Below, piece after piece: positions 49,523-61,447 of a DNA stretch of 64,000 nt. How positions within the stretch are numbered: the stretch's first letter is position 1; each line of letters begins with the position of its first letter. Source of the stretch: Proteromonas lacertae (lineage: Eukaryota); contig NGBS01000004.1 of assembly GCA_002245135.1 (NCBI GenBank), positions 248,001 to 312,000 of the forward strand. The letters are read 5' to 3'. The position numbers were made by a program, and so were the translations under genes. A model generated the notes under the pieces. The model was not told the origin of the DNA. It did no database searches and was given only the letters and a program-made list of their open reading frames with translations.

Positions 49523-50281
49523 TTGAATTATATAAATATTATAATATTCTATAGTTTTGTTTCTACTATAACTTTTATCATATTTAAAAATACTAATGAC
49601 AAGAAACAGTCTATTCAAATTATGGTAATATCATGTAACAGATTTCTTTATTTAAATGAAACATTACAATCCATCAATTTGCACATAATAAAATATGATA
49701 AAGATATATTCTATACATTTGTCTTAATAGATCAAGGTACTGTAGAAAGGTACAGCGTTAGAGTAAATTATAATATATTAAACTCCTTCTACTTAAATCC
49801 TAAAAACTATCCATATTCATTTACCATTTTATTTTCATATATATATTTGCAATATATATTCATTTTAGAGGAAGATTGGTTAATTCAGGATAATATTCAT
49901 CAACAATATAATTTCTTTAAAAACTCTATATATGTATTATCTAATTTTTATGAAGTATATGGAATAGTATTAAGAAAAATGGTTATAAGTAATCCATATA
50001 AAACTTCCATTTCATTTAAAAGCAATAAGGTAAATATAATAATATTAAATCATCCATATCAAAATAGAAACTTTTTAAATGGCCCAACATTATATAAAAG
50101 TAAAGTTTTAAAGATGCTTAAAATGTATTACTCAGAGTATAAAGCAGGATTATTCTTTTTGAAATATAAGCTATACATGGCATTTGTATATAGAGAAAAT
50201 GATACTCATAAAGGAGTGATATTTAGACATATAGGTACAAACTCCACAAGATTGGGTTTATGTAACATTATTCTATATTAA
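49523..50281 (+). CDS. GT-A fold (GT2-like) glycosyltransferase, full-length copy (TTG start?)
   Basis: TM, IMVISCNRFLYLNETL, LIDQGT, YIFILEEDW, NGPTL, FRHIG. Confidence 0.72.
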   Translation: MNYINIIIFYSFVSTITFIIFKNTNDKKQSIQIMVISCNRFLYLNETLQSINLHIIKYDKDIFYTFVLIDQGTVERYSVRVNYNILNSFYLNPKNYPYSFTILFSYIYLQYIFILEEDWLIQDNIHQQYNFFKNSIYVLSNFYEVYGIVLRKMVISNPYKTSISFKSNKVNIIILNHPYQNRNFLNGPTLYKSKVLKMLKMYYSEYKAGLFFLKYKLYMAFVYRENDTHKGVIFRHIGTNSTRLGLCNIILY

Positions 50282-50415
50282 TATTAACTAACTTATTAAT
50301 TGTTATAAAAAAGATAAAAACCACCACAAATCATTATATATAATAAGTTGTATATTAATTTCTATCTATAATTACCTGAATATTGCTTTGCATAATAGCT
50401 AAGATAATTTGAATT

Positions 50416-51255
50416 ATGAATAAAATATTCATATTCTATCTATTAGTTATAGCTAATTTATTAATCATTTTGATGTATTATTATTTGTCAATTAGTAATA
50501 ATATTTCTTTATATAAAGAATATAGGGAAATAACATATTATGATTTAGGTTCAAATAATGGTGATTCTATATTATGGCTCTTTGGATACAAAAATCTCAA
50601 TAATTCATATCATGTTCCTTATCCAAAATTTCATCACTTTCCAACATCAAAAGTTAATGTTCATTCATTTGAAGCTAATCCTATGCTGTGCAAATACATA
50701 TTGCAAAATGTAAACTTTTTAAAAACAGTAACATTTAAATGCAATTTTTACATTAATTGTCCTGTTGCTGTGTCAAATAGAACAGAGTATCAAAATTTTA
50801 AGATAACTTCAGGATCATTAGGTAGTACATTATATTATAATGTGTCATACAAAAATTCTAAAATTCTAAAAATAAAATCAATAGACATATTATCATATAT
50901 TAATGAAAATATAAAACCAAATCATTTTAATATTCTAAAATTTGACATTGAAGGTGAAGAATATATAATGATTCCTGAATTAATTAAGAAAAATATTTTA
51001 AGATTTTTTGATATTGTTTTTTCAGAATTTCATCCTTATATAAATAATCCTGTAGGAATATATAAATCAAATGAAATATTCAATGAATTTAAGAATTATA
51101 TGGAAAATTTTATGATTCCTTATTTTGAAGAATACAATATAAGCAATGAATTAATGAAAATTTATCATTTCAAAATTGATATGTTGTACTATTTCAGAGG
51201 TGATTTATTTAAAGAAATAAAAAAGAAATTATACTATAATTATATCGGTTTGTAA
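50416..51255 (+). CDS. FkbM-family methyltransferase (duplicate of 43989-44828)
   Basis: Identical translation. Confidence 0.85.
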   Translation: MNKIFIFYLLVIANLLIILMYYYLSISNNISLYKEYREITYYDLGSNNGDSILWLFGYKNLNNSYHVPYPKFHHFPTSKVNVHSFEANPMLCKYILQNVNFLKTVTFKCNFYINCPVAVSNRTEYQNFKITSGSLGSTLYYNVSYKNSKILKIKSIDILSYINENIKPNHFNILKFDIEGEEYIMIPELIKKNILRFFDIVFSEFHPYINNPVGIYKSNEIFNEFKNYMENFMIPYFEEYNISNELMKIYHFKIDMLYYFRGDLFKEIKKKLYYNYIGL

Positions 51256-51260
51256 TTTTA

Positions 51261-52463
51261 TTGAAACTGATTATTATATTATATGCTAATATATTATTTT
51301 TATATACAATCATTATATTACTATACAATTTATTATCAAATAAATATTATTATAAAAAAGGGAAAATAATTAATATAAAGCCTATTGAAGTAGTAAAAAA
51401 TATTTTCTATATATCGCATTACTATGATATTCGCTATAAAGCAATTAGAATGCTATTCTATATTTACAATAATAGCAAAAATATACATAATATAACGTGC
51501 ACGATTATATATACTAATAATGTTAAAAAATGTAATATGGAAATAATCACTAAGATAGCAGAAGATAATACTGTTATGAATTTATTGCTATATACAAATA
51601 TTTTACCATTAAAAATGATATTAAATAAATCTATTATTTATATCTCAAAAATAAAAACGAAATATGAATTAAAAAGAAATAAATTAACTGTTTGTATAGG
51701 TAAAATGATTAACTTTATTGCATTTAACATGCTATTACAAATGATTGAATCTTATCTTTATTTTGGAGCTGATCATTTTATTGTGTATAATACTTCATGC
51801 TCTGAAAAAGTGAATAAAGTGTTGAAATTTTATTTGAACAAAGGGCTACTAGATGTTGTAAATTTAGATAATCATTTTGATATAAAATATGGAAAATATA
51901 AAACATATGCACAAAGATTAAAATTAAATGATTGTTTCTATAGAAGTTACTACGAAACGAAAAGTATTGTTATGACTGATTTAGATGAAATACTTTGGCC
52001 TAATTATGATAATAGTATTGCAAAAATGATTGATAAAATAGATCAACAACAAAGAAAAGTATATGATACATATATATTTCAAGAAAAAATATTTAAGCGA
52101 TTCTATGTTCCTTATTATGATAGATTAGTGCATAATATAAAAGATTGTAACATATTTGAATACCATAATTGTTGTGACTATACATGGAGATGGCCTAAAC
52201 TATTAATTAGAAATTTATCAAAAATTACTTCCGTTTCAATTCATTGGATTACAGGAAAACTGTATAACTATACAGAAATAAAAATTGATTCAAATATTGG
52301 ATTTATTAGACATACAAGAAGAATATATCCCTACATAATTAGTGGACTAATGGGAAACTGGAGTATATGTTCATCTGATAATAGAGAACTTGTTATACAT
52401 GATAGATCTAAAAAAATTAAAGATATACTATTTAAAGCTTGTCAATCAAACAATGGAAGATAA
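51261..52463 (+). CDS. GT92-like glycosyltransferase (duplicate of 42781-43983)
   Basis: Identical translation. Confidence 0.8.
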   Translation: MKLIIILYANILFLYTIIILLYNLLSNKYYYKKGKIINIKPIEVVKNIFYISHYYDIRYKAIRMLFYIYNNSKNIHNITCTIIYTNNVKKCNMEIITKIAEDNTVMNLLLYTNILPLKMILNKSIIYISKIKTKYELKRNKLTVCIGKMINFIAFNMLLQMIESYLYFGADHFIVYNTSCSEKVNKVLKFYLNKGLLDVVNLDNHFDIKYGKYKTYAQRLKLNDCFYRSYYETKSIVMTDLDEILWPNYDNSIAKMIDKIDQQQRKVYDTYIFQEKIFKRFYVPYYDRLVHNIKDCNIFEYHNCCDYTWRWPKLLIRNLSKITSVSIHWITGKLYNYTEIKIDSNIGFIRHTRRIYPYIISGLMGNWSICSSDNRELVIHDRSKKIKDILFKACQSNNGR

Positions 52464-53472
52464 GTAAAATTATTATCTTTATTTTGTAATATGTCGAATT
52501 TACATTTTTTATAGTACCATGGAAATTTAGTTCTTCTATGAAGAATATAATTCTTACTATAGTTAATTACTTTTGATTTGCAATTCTTTTTCAATATAAC
52601 AGTATGAATATCCACATAGTATACACATGTTGTATTATATATGATATATTTCCAAGGTGATGAAGGACAACGAGAGTATAATAAACTGTGATTATTGGTT
52701 ATTAACAATATAGAATGAAAATAATATATATCATAGTATGGTGAAAAAATCATACTATTTATTTTAAGTATCTCATCTTGATCAACAAATACAATATGTT
52801 TAGCATTATATTTATATCTAATAAAACAATCATTATGTTTCCATACATGGAGATAATTACCATATTTAAATGTTGTTGAATTGTTAGAATATTTATCTAA
52901 TATAATTGTTACTAATCCTTTTAATTTATATTCATTTAGTATTTTATCAATTTCTTCACCACAACTAGTTTTATAAACAACAAATAAATTTATTCCAAGG
53001 CTGATATAGTGGTTTATGAATGTATATAATTCATTAGCTTTTGTGTAATTAATAAAGGTTGTTAAACATAAAACGTTTTTATATTTGAATTTTACATTAT
53101 TACCTTTCAAAATTGTTGATCTGTCTAATATTTCTACATTTTTAACACTATAATAGTCTTTATAACCAAAAATAACATTATAATAGTATTTGTTGACATA
53201 ATGTTGAATAATTGGATATGAAAATTTATTTCTATCCAATAACAAAGTGGAAGTATATGATGATGATGCAATACTTCTATTTGTTATAAAAAGGATGAAT
53301 ATTACCTTCTTTTTTACCGTATCAATAAAAGAAGAAAAAATAAATACTCCATCGCTTACTCTTTTTATGTCTATATAATCAACATAACTACATATTTTAG
53401 CGTTATAAAAATCACTCGAAAGAAAAATAATATAAAAAATCCAAATATAGCTTTTGAATAACATATCTTCAT
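52442..53472 (-). CDS. GT92-like glycosyltransferase (duplicate of 41771-42802; 1-nt homopolymer deletion near the 5' end)
   Basis: Identical apart from one T-run length. Confidence 0.75.
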
Positions 53473-53939
53473 GATTAGTTTCTACATAAAATATTGTAGA
53501 AGATGTGTTTTATAAGAATATTGATTCATATATTTGTTATTACAAAGAGTATAATACAAAGATTATATCTGTTATTTTCCCTAAGATTCAAATATAGAAG
53601 AATGAATCAATTCTTGCTATTATTATTACAAACCAAGCATGTAAAAAGAGTTGGAATAAGTGTAAAAGTACCTGGAATAGAGAAATATTTAATGAACTAT
53701 TTTAATTGCTTATGTATATCGTTTATACATTAGCAAAAATAAATATCCAAGAAGTAATTCCCAAATTAATGATCATAAAATAACTATTTAAAATATTATC
53801 TTCAGTAAAATAAAAATTATAGTGATACGCAAATGTAAGTGGTATAACATAATCAATTTAAACATTTAATAGAATTTTTATATCATATCTTATATAAAAT
53901 TCATTTTCTATTAATTATGTGCACAAACAAGAATTATAA

Positions 53940-55667
53940 ATGAAGCAAGAAGAAACAATAGTATATAATCAATCTATATAGATTTAAAATCTTTGTGTCT
54001 TTATATTGTTCATTTAAATAGTATATTAGACGAAGGTATTATTGAATATATAAGAAGATCTAAAAGAATAATCTATAAATATAAAAATGATATATTTTCT
54101 TTAGCAATCAATAATATATCATATCCGCAGAGTATAGAGGTTAATTACTTGGATAATTATTTCAAAATATATGAAGAAATTGGCATAACAAATATACAAA
54201 AATGTGCTTTTGTGCTTGTTGCAGGAGGATTAGGTGAAAGACTAAATTGTGATTCTATTAAAGTATATTTATTTGATATTTACTGTTAAATTTAATAGAT
54301 AAGCTTAAATGTTGACCAGATTAGTGAATTATCATACTTAAATTTATACTTTCGTTATATTATTTCTTATCAAAATATGACAAAACAAATGATGTATGTA
54401 TGCATAATGACTTCGAAATCTACAAATATAAGAATAAAGCACTTTCTTGGAGAGAATGAATATTTTGGATTATCTAAAAATCAAATATACGTAATTGAAC
54501 ATCGTTTGATGATGAAAATTGTAATTTGCTATATAAAAATCATAAAATCATTACTAAACCACATGGTCATGGTGATATTCATAATTTGTTATTCTCAGTA
54601 TATATATGTCTTTATTGTCTAGAAAGGAGTATTAGACAATTGGAAATTGAAAGGAATTCAATATATGATAATTTTTCAAGATACTAATTCATTGGCTTTC
54701 GAAGCAATTCCAATTTTAATAGGAAGTACAATATTTAACAGATTAGAAGTAAATTATTTAACTGTTGAAAGATACAAAGGTGAAAAAGCATCAATAATGT
54801 GTTCGTGTGAAGAAAATGGTAGATACTATAATGTTAGAGCTATAGATTATTCTCTTTTGCCAAAATTGTTAGGAAAAATATAAATCAATTCAGTAAATCA
54901 GAAACTCTATATCCAGCTGTTACAAATATTATTTGCTTTGAGTTAAATAAATACTATAAAACTCTAAATAAAAAACCTGCCTGAATATATTCTTTCAAAA
55001 GAATTCAAATCATTTAGAATTGAAACAGTATTACAAGATTATATACTTCTTACTGATAATGAATCTAAAAATATGAGTGTGAATATGCCAAGATGGTTAT
55101 GCTTTAATCCAGTTAAAGAAACATCTGAGATTTCAGGATTATATTCTCCTAACAAAAAATATTGTTAATCATTTTACTGGAGTTTTAGTAATTGAAAATA
55201 ATTCAAAACTGGTAATAACAGGTAATGTTTTTATTAACAATTTACACTTAAAAGGTTGTTTAACAATCAAAGTAAAAGCAGGAGGATGTGTAAGATTGAA
55301 TAACATAAGTGTTAAAAATAGAGGATATAGAAGAACAATGGAAAAAAATCATATTTTTAATACTCATATAAACAATATTAGTGAGTATATATTGGAATAC
55401 GGAATAGGTAATTATAGCAGTTATACTAAAAAAGAATTAGGTTCTCATACTATGTTAACTAATTCAATCACTTTAATATGTTGTTTAATTTTTGTATCAT
55501 ATATCATTAATAAAAAGAGTTACAGTTATATGTATACTAAAAGCAAATTTGTAAGAAACAATGTAACTGTATGTTTGTTTCTACCAAGCGCTGTAACTGA
55601 TTTCCCATTTTTACAAAGCATTATAAATAGCGTTGATATTTTTTGGCCAAAAGGATTTAATTTTTAA
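53940..55667 (+). pseudogene. UDP-sugar pyrophosphorylase (duplicate, disrupted)
   Basis: Mirror of 39576-41303. Confidence 0.75.
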
Positions 55668-56054
55668 TATCACTATAATATAGAAAGTATAGTGATAGGT
55701 CAATGTTATAAGTTGTTGGTTAATCAGCTACTTATCTAACACTGTTTCTTTATTCTTTATATTATACTTCAATAGCAATAATTCACAATGAAATTAAGGT
55801 TTTAAAATTACTAGAATATAATAACTTCTATTTTTCCATTTTTATTCATCTCAGCTGATATATTTCTCTCAACGGCATAAATCTGTTGATTATTATGGAG
55901 TTGATCCATTTCGATTACATCAATGAAGATCCCGTAAAGTCAACTCTTGATCTAGAAAGGGATGAACCTCTAGAACACTCGTTGGAAATCTGTGACATTG
56001 AGCCAATGTCCCATATATATACTATATAAATTTAGAATTCTAATCAATCATAAG

Positions 56055-57085
56055 ATGTTTAAGCTAATTTTGGAAGTAATATTAGATTGAATTTATATGA
56101 TAAATAATTAAACTAGATTATTAGTTTACTAATCATTATTTTCACTATTTTATGTATATACTTTCTTACTCTTTTAACAGTCTATTCAGATTATTATCAT
56201 ATTTTAGAGAATAGAAAAAATATAAATAATATATACACTAAATATATATATACAAACAATATTAGAAGGTATAGAGATTATGCAGAATATAATCCCTGCA
56301 AATCATGTGGTTTAGGTAATAAGTTACTTGGATTGATTAGCTCGCTAGCTTATTGTATAAGTTTCTCCTACTCTTTAAACATTAATAATTGGAATAGTTT
56401 GTGGTGGTATTTTATATTTCCTTTAATTATTCAAACAAATATAAGCATATACAATATTTCCTTTAATGGTCATTTTTATGGAATAATGAATGTAATATAT
56501 GATAATAAATCATTGAATTATTTATTAAATAATCATGCTATTAGCTTTAATATAAATAAGATAATTATGGTAAATGAACTAGCATACAAAATATCTTTTC
56601 ACTTTCTTCAAATTAGTAATTCGATAAAATTAAAAGCAAATGCTATAATTAAAAATGGTTATAGTATTGGAATTCATTTAAGAACAGGAAAAGCTGACGG
56701 AAAAGAATATTTATTACACTATTTGAAATATGAAGATTCAAGAGATATTATATATTATCTAAAGAATATTACTTCTAATGAAAGTATTTATGTCAGTTCC
56801 GACTCATTAAAATTAAAAGAATTATTCAGAAATGAATTACCTAATTCATATTTTTCAAATTTTACTTCATGTAATTCAGGATATGGTTTATTACATAATA
56901 ATAATAAATGTGCAATCGAAGCTATAATAGATTATTATATATTAAGTAAATCAAATACTTTAATTCTTACTAGATGTAGTTCTTTCAGTTTAATTAGCTT
57001 ATTTTCAAACAAATTAGGATTTAATAATAGAAGAAGATATAAATACTTTGGGAAATGTAAATTGCATTTAGAATTGTACAAATAA
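56055..57085 (+). CDS. Fucosyltransferase-like GT-B protein; exon 56055-56075, intron 56076-56116
   Basis: MFKLILE spliced in phase 0 to the IISLLIIIFTIL TM anchor and the catalytic motifs. Confidence 0.78.
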
Positions 57086-57231
57086 TAAAGTGAAAATTAA
57101 ACATGAAGATGGGAAATTGTATATGTCAAAATTTGTTAATTGATATATTAAGTTGTAGAATTATCATCACTCTACAAGTTTATCACCTTCCTATAATATT
57201 GATATAACACACTTTTACTTTATTTATATTT

Positions 57232-58415
57232 TTGTTGAGAAAATTTTCATTTATTAAATTTAAATATTCATTATTATATCTATGTTTAATATATACTTAT
57301 TATTATATATACTACAGCAGATATGAATATAATAAAAATGAATCTTATTTTCTATTTAATGCCTTTAATAATTTAAGTAAATTAATTGATCTTAAACATA
57401 ATGCTAATTCAAACATATCACTCAGTTGCGTGGACTTAGATACTTACAATTTTACATATTCGCGTATATTTATTTCCACTAAGATAAACATTAGAATAAA
57501 AAAGTACTCTGATTCATTTTATATGTCATTAATTGACAGATCTCCAATTATCATTACTAATTATACTCATCTTCACATAATACAACAACTTAAAATTTAC
57601 GGCTTTACAGATGTAATAATAACAAATGAAGGGAGTATTCATTCATTTTATTATAATATAACTACAAAAGGAGGATGTAAATGTGATTTTATACCCATTC
57701 TTTATCATAGTAATACATACTACAACCAATACGATAAGGTTGTATCAATAACACATCATTGGGGAAATGCTGTTTTTCATTCAATTGTTGAATGTTTAAC
57801 TAAATTAGGTTTTTACATTACAGAATTATTGAGAGATGAATCAATAAAAATACACACTTCCAAATCTGCAAATGTATTGTATTTAAAATTTATAGGATTT
57901 GATGATTCTAGGATTATTTATGGAAATATTCATGTGAAAAGATTAATAATATTAGAGAAAGGTAGTTGTGGATCTACTCCACCTATAATTCATTTATATT
58001 TTTTAAGATATTTTTTAAGGAAAAAAATCAATTCTAAATTAATTTATGAAATCGTTTTAATAAAAAGATTTGGTAAAAGAGATATTACAAACTTTTGTAA
58101 AGTTTACAACTTGTTAAAAGAAAGATATAGCAAATTTAAAATTGTAATTTATTATCCAAATACAACTTTTAATAATACATTGAACTATTTTAAATATGCT
58201 AAACTGATAGTTGCACCTCATGGAGCTGGTTTATCAAACATAATACTTTCAAAAAAGCCACAATTGTTGAGTTTCTTGTGAAGAATTTGTGTTATACATC
58301 ATTAGCAAGTAAACTAGGTCTATCATATTTTGGTTTATTTGTAAATACAACAGATGAAAAAATCACAGTTGGCATTAATGAATTGAATGTAATTTTAAGC
58401 AAAATTATATTCTAA
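57232..58415 (+). CDS. GT61 (duplicate of 36827-38011; 1-nt A-run deletion near 58255)
   Basis: Identical apart from one homopolymer. Confidence 0.75.
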
Positions 58416-58431
58416 ATTTCATAAGGGATAA

Positions 58432-59178
58432 TTATTTTAAATTATTAATAATATATCTTTTAATTGAGTTATTGAAGTTAGGTGTTAAAACAATATTACA
58501 TGCTGTAGCACCAGAACCTTTCTTTATAGGAATTTTCCATTTTTTTCCATACATTTTTAAAACATTTTCTCTTGCATATTCACTACAGAAAGTCAATACA
58601 TTAGAAAAATAGCAATGACATATATTTATATTTTGATAAAAATATTCAGTACCAATTAGAATCCATAAATCAAGAAAACAGTTTCTATAATTCATTGTCC
58701 AACAACTTGTGTATCCATACTTACCCCAATCTATACATCTATAATTTATAGTCATATTTAGTCTCTTTTCAATATAATCTCTTAATATAATCATAAAATC
58801 ATGTTTTGTTTTGTTACAAATTAAAGTGTCTCTATTTGAATATATATAACATTTATGAGGATAAAATTCAAAATATTGATCACATCTAAATATTTTATAA
58901 TTAAGCCATACAGGAATAATTATATCTACATCATGGTCTTTTGCTATAATACCTCCATTTCTTATCGCTCCCAATTCTGATCCAAATCCTAAAAAATAAA
59001 CAATTTTTAGCTTTTTTAAGAAAGATATATATTTGATTATTATTTTGGTTCTGTTATAATCAAATGATTTTCTATTTACTTTCACCCATTTACAGAATGG
59101 GATATTATTTGAGTATAATATCAATAAAACAATCATTAATAGTATAATGTTATAACATAAATAGTTGGAAATATTCAT
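58432..59178 (-). CDS. LicD/fukutin-family nucleotidyltransferase-fold phosphotransferase, full length
   Basis: TM anchor, then YFLGFGSELGAIRNGGIIAKDHDVDI (LicD G.lLGA.R..g.ipWD.D.D), and LKMYGKKWKIP. Confidence 0.85.
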   Translation of the reverse strand: MNISNYLCYNIILLMIVLLILYSNNIPFCKWVKVNRKSFDYNRTKIIIKYISFLKKLKIVYFLGFGSELGAIRNGGIIAKDHDVDIIIPVWLNYKIFRCDQYFEFYPHKCYIYSNRDTLICNKTKHDFMIILRDYIEKRLNMTINYRCIDWGKYGYTSCWTMNYRNCFLDLWILIGTEYFYQNINICHCYFSNVLTFCSEYARENVLKMYGKKWKIPIKKGSGATACNIVLTPNFNNSIKRYIINNLK

Positions 59179-59411
59179 AATACTTATACGTAACGACATT
59201 TGTTGCAAAATAGATATACCGCATTGCATAACAAAAAAATCATTCATGCCATTGCATATTACTTATACTTTTTATCAAGCCATTTCATATTACATTTATA
59301 TGATTGCAAAATAAATATACATATCTCAAGCCTTTTCAAGAATTCTTTTATAATAGTCAAAGGACTGCTATATATCTATTCTCTTCATAGCAATCCTTTG
59401 TATTTTGAAGT

Positions 59412-59670
59412 TTATATCTTCAATAGTGTTGTGTTAAAGCATTCAGCTGAACTGATAGTAGAAAATGCATTTGTAATACTTTCAAGTATTTGATTTCTGT
59501 TTTGGTATATGGATGTTTCAGCTCTTTTTTTCCATATGCCAAAGATATTTTCTATTGGATTAAGAGGAATGGAATATTTAGCATTGAATAAAAGTATATT
59601 GCCAGATCCTTCAATTAACATCTTAACCTGGTCTGAATGATGGATATTTACATTTAAAATTATATATATG
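59412..59670 (-). mobile_element. IS630/Tc1-mariner transposase C-terminal relic
   Basis: NVNIHHSDQVKMLIEGSGNILLFNAKYSIPLNPIENIFGIWKKRAE. Confidence 0.75.
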
Positions 59671-59800
59671 TAATATGAAATGGCTTGATAAAAAGTATAA
59701 TTAATATGCAACTCTGTATATCTATCTATTTTGCAACAAATATCGTTACGTATAAGTATTATGAAATATTGTATAAGTAAGCTGCAAAACACTGTATTAT

Positions 59801-61447
59801 AATATTTTGTTTAGCTTATGCATTTTAATCATTATTTCTATTTGGTTGTAAATACCATATTTATAAGAATTTTTACAAATGGGATTAATTATTGTCCTTT
59901 ATCTTACTATTGACAAGGACATGTTCTTTTTGTCCAATACAAACAATATTTAATAATAAAAATATTTATAATATTATATTCTTATATTTATTGTTTTGAA
60001 CATTTACAAAGCTTAAATAGAATTGTATTTCATCAAATGTAAAACATATTGTTGGTTTAATTTTCATTACTTCTTTATGAAGATCTTTTTTATTTCTACC
60101 TTTAGTCATTTCTTCAAATTCTTTTGGATATTTGGATGTATCTCGGTTAGCTTTTAATTTTATACTCACTTGGTTATTTGGGCTTATATAAAATAATTCA
60201 TAAGGAGAACTATTATCAATCGATGTTGAGGATTTGAAAAACATTCTATATAGATTTTGAAGAATCATTATCATCTCAGGTGCTAATGTATGATTATTTC
60301 CAACTGTAATTTCAAAACCATATGGACTTAATAATAAATCAATATCGGGGAAACTAGGATTATAACTCAAATCGATTATTTTAAATATTGTATTTCTTTC
60401 ATTAGTATTAAATTCACCTATATCTCTTTGTAAATCACTATCATCTGAAACTTTAACTATTTCCTTTTTCTACTTCGCATTCTTTAATTTAATTAATCAA
60501 ATTCTCATAAAAAGTATCACAATTCTTCATTAAAAACGATATAATTCTTTTATATAATATTCCAGCTAAACTTCCTACTGGATTTTCTTTTAATAGTTTA
60601 ATCATTCTTTCACAACTTTCTTTATCATTTATCTTATAAAGTTTATCACATGCCATCTTTTTGATTTCTTCAGATATGAAGATGAAAATGGTATTATTAA
60701 ATCCAATCGTGTAATATTTATATGTATCATAAATCAATACATTATCATATTCACCTTTTGAAAATGGAGATTTATCTATTCCTTTTATTATTTCTCCTAT
60801 AATCACCTCATTCTTTTTGTTATTAATTGTATTTTCGAATTCTCTTACAATCTTCTTTTTTTCATCATTATAATATCCAATTACACCTTTATATAATGAA
60901 TAATTTTCTCTATATTCATATACTTCCCCATCATTTGTGAAAAGTCCATATGTTAATCTTTTACTATATGTAAATCCTTTATAGTCTTTATTATTATATG
61001 CCCAAGGTTTAAGTAATTCAACTTTCTCTACTTCTTCTTTTGTAAATTGAGGAATATACATCAACAATGCACATCTTTTACTTTGAAAGGTTTTGTACTC
61101 TTCTTTAGATGGATTAGCTAATAATATTATCATTTTTGCATCTGCATAATCATCTTCACCAATTACTTTTCCATCAGATATTACAATTTGAATATTATTT
61201 CTTTTATCATAATAAGGATTATCTTTTTCTCCTTTACTTATATTATTTATACTAACACTATCACCAAATTTCGAATGAATGATTTGCATAATAATGTCAG
61301 CTAAGATTGTCTTTCCTATTTTGCTATGACCAAATACTAAATAGTGTCTTTGATTATCATAATTAAAATTAAAACTTTTGGGAAAAACAATATTCAACAA
61401 CTTATAATAATAATCTCTCATCAAATATATTGTATTATACTGTATAT
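59801..61447. repeat. Right copy of the ~1.63-kb direct repeat
   Basis: Matches 26740-28368, with a short indel region near 59862-59892. Confidence 0.93.

Larger units (their letters stand above)
49726..58987. repeat. Right arm of the 9.26-kb inverted repeat
   Basis: Reverse complement of 36255-45518. Confidence 0.96.

Noticed and set aside
29427..59200. Bacterial contamination or chimeric contig
   Set aside because: Several island genes have host-style spliceosomal introns and Golgi-type N-terminal anchors, and I saw no Shine-Dalgarno pattern.
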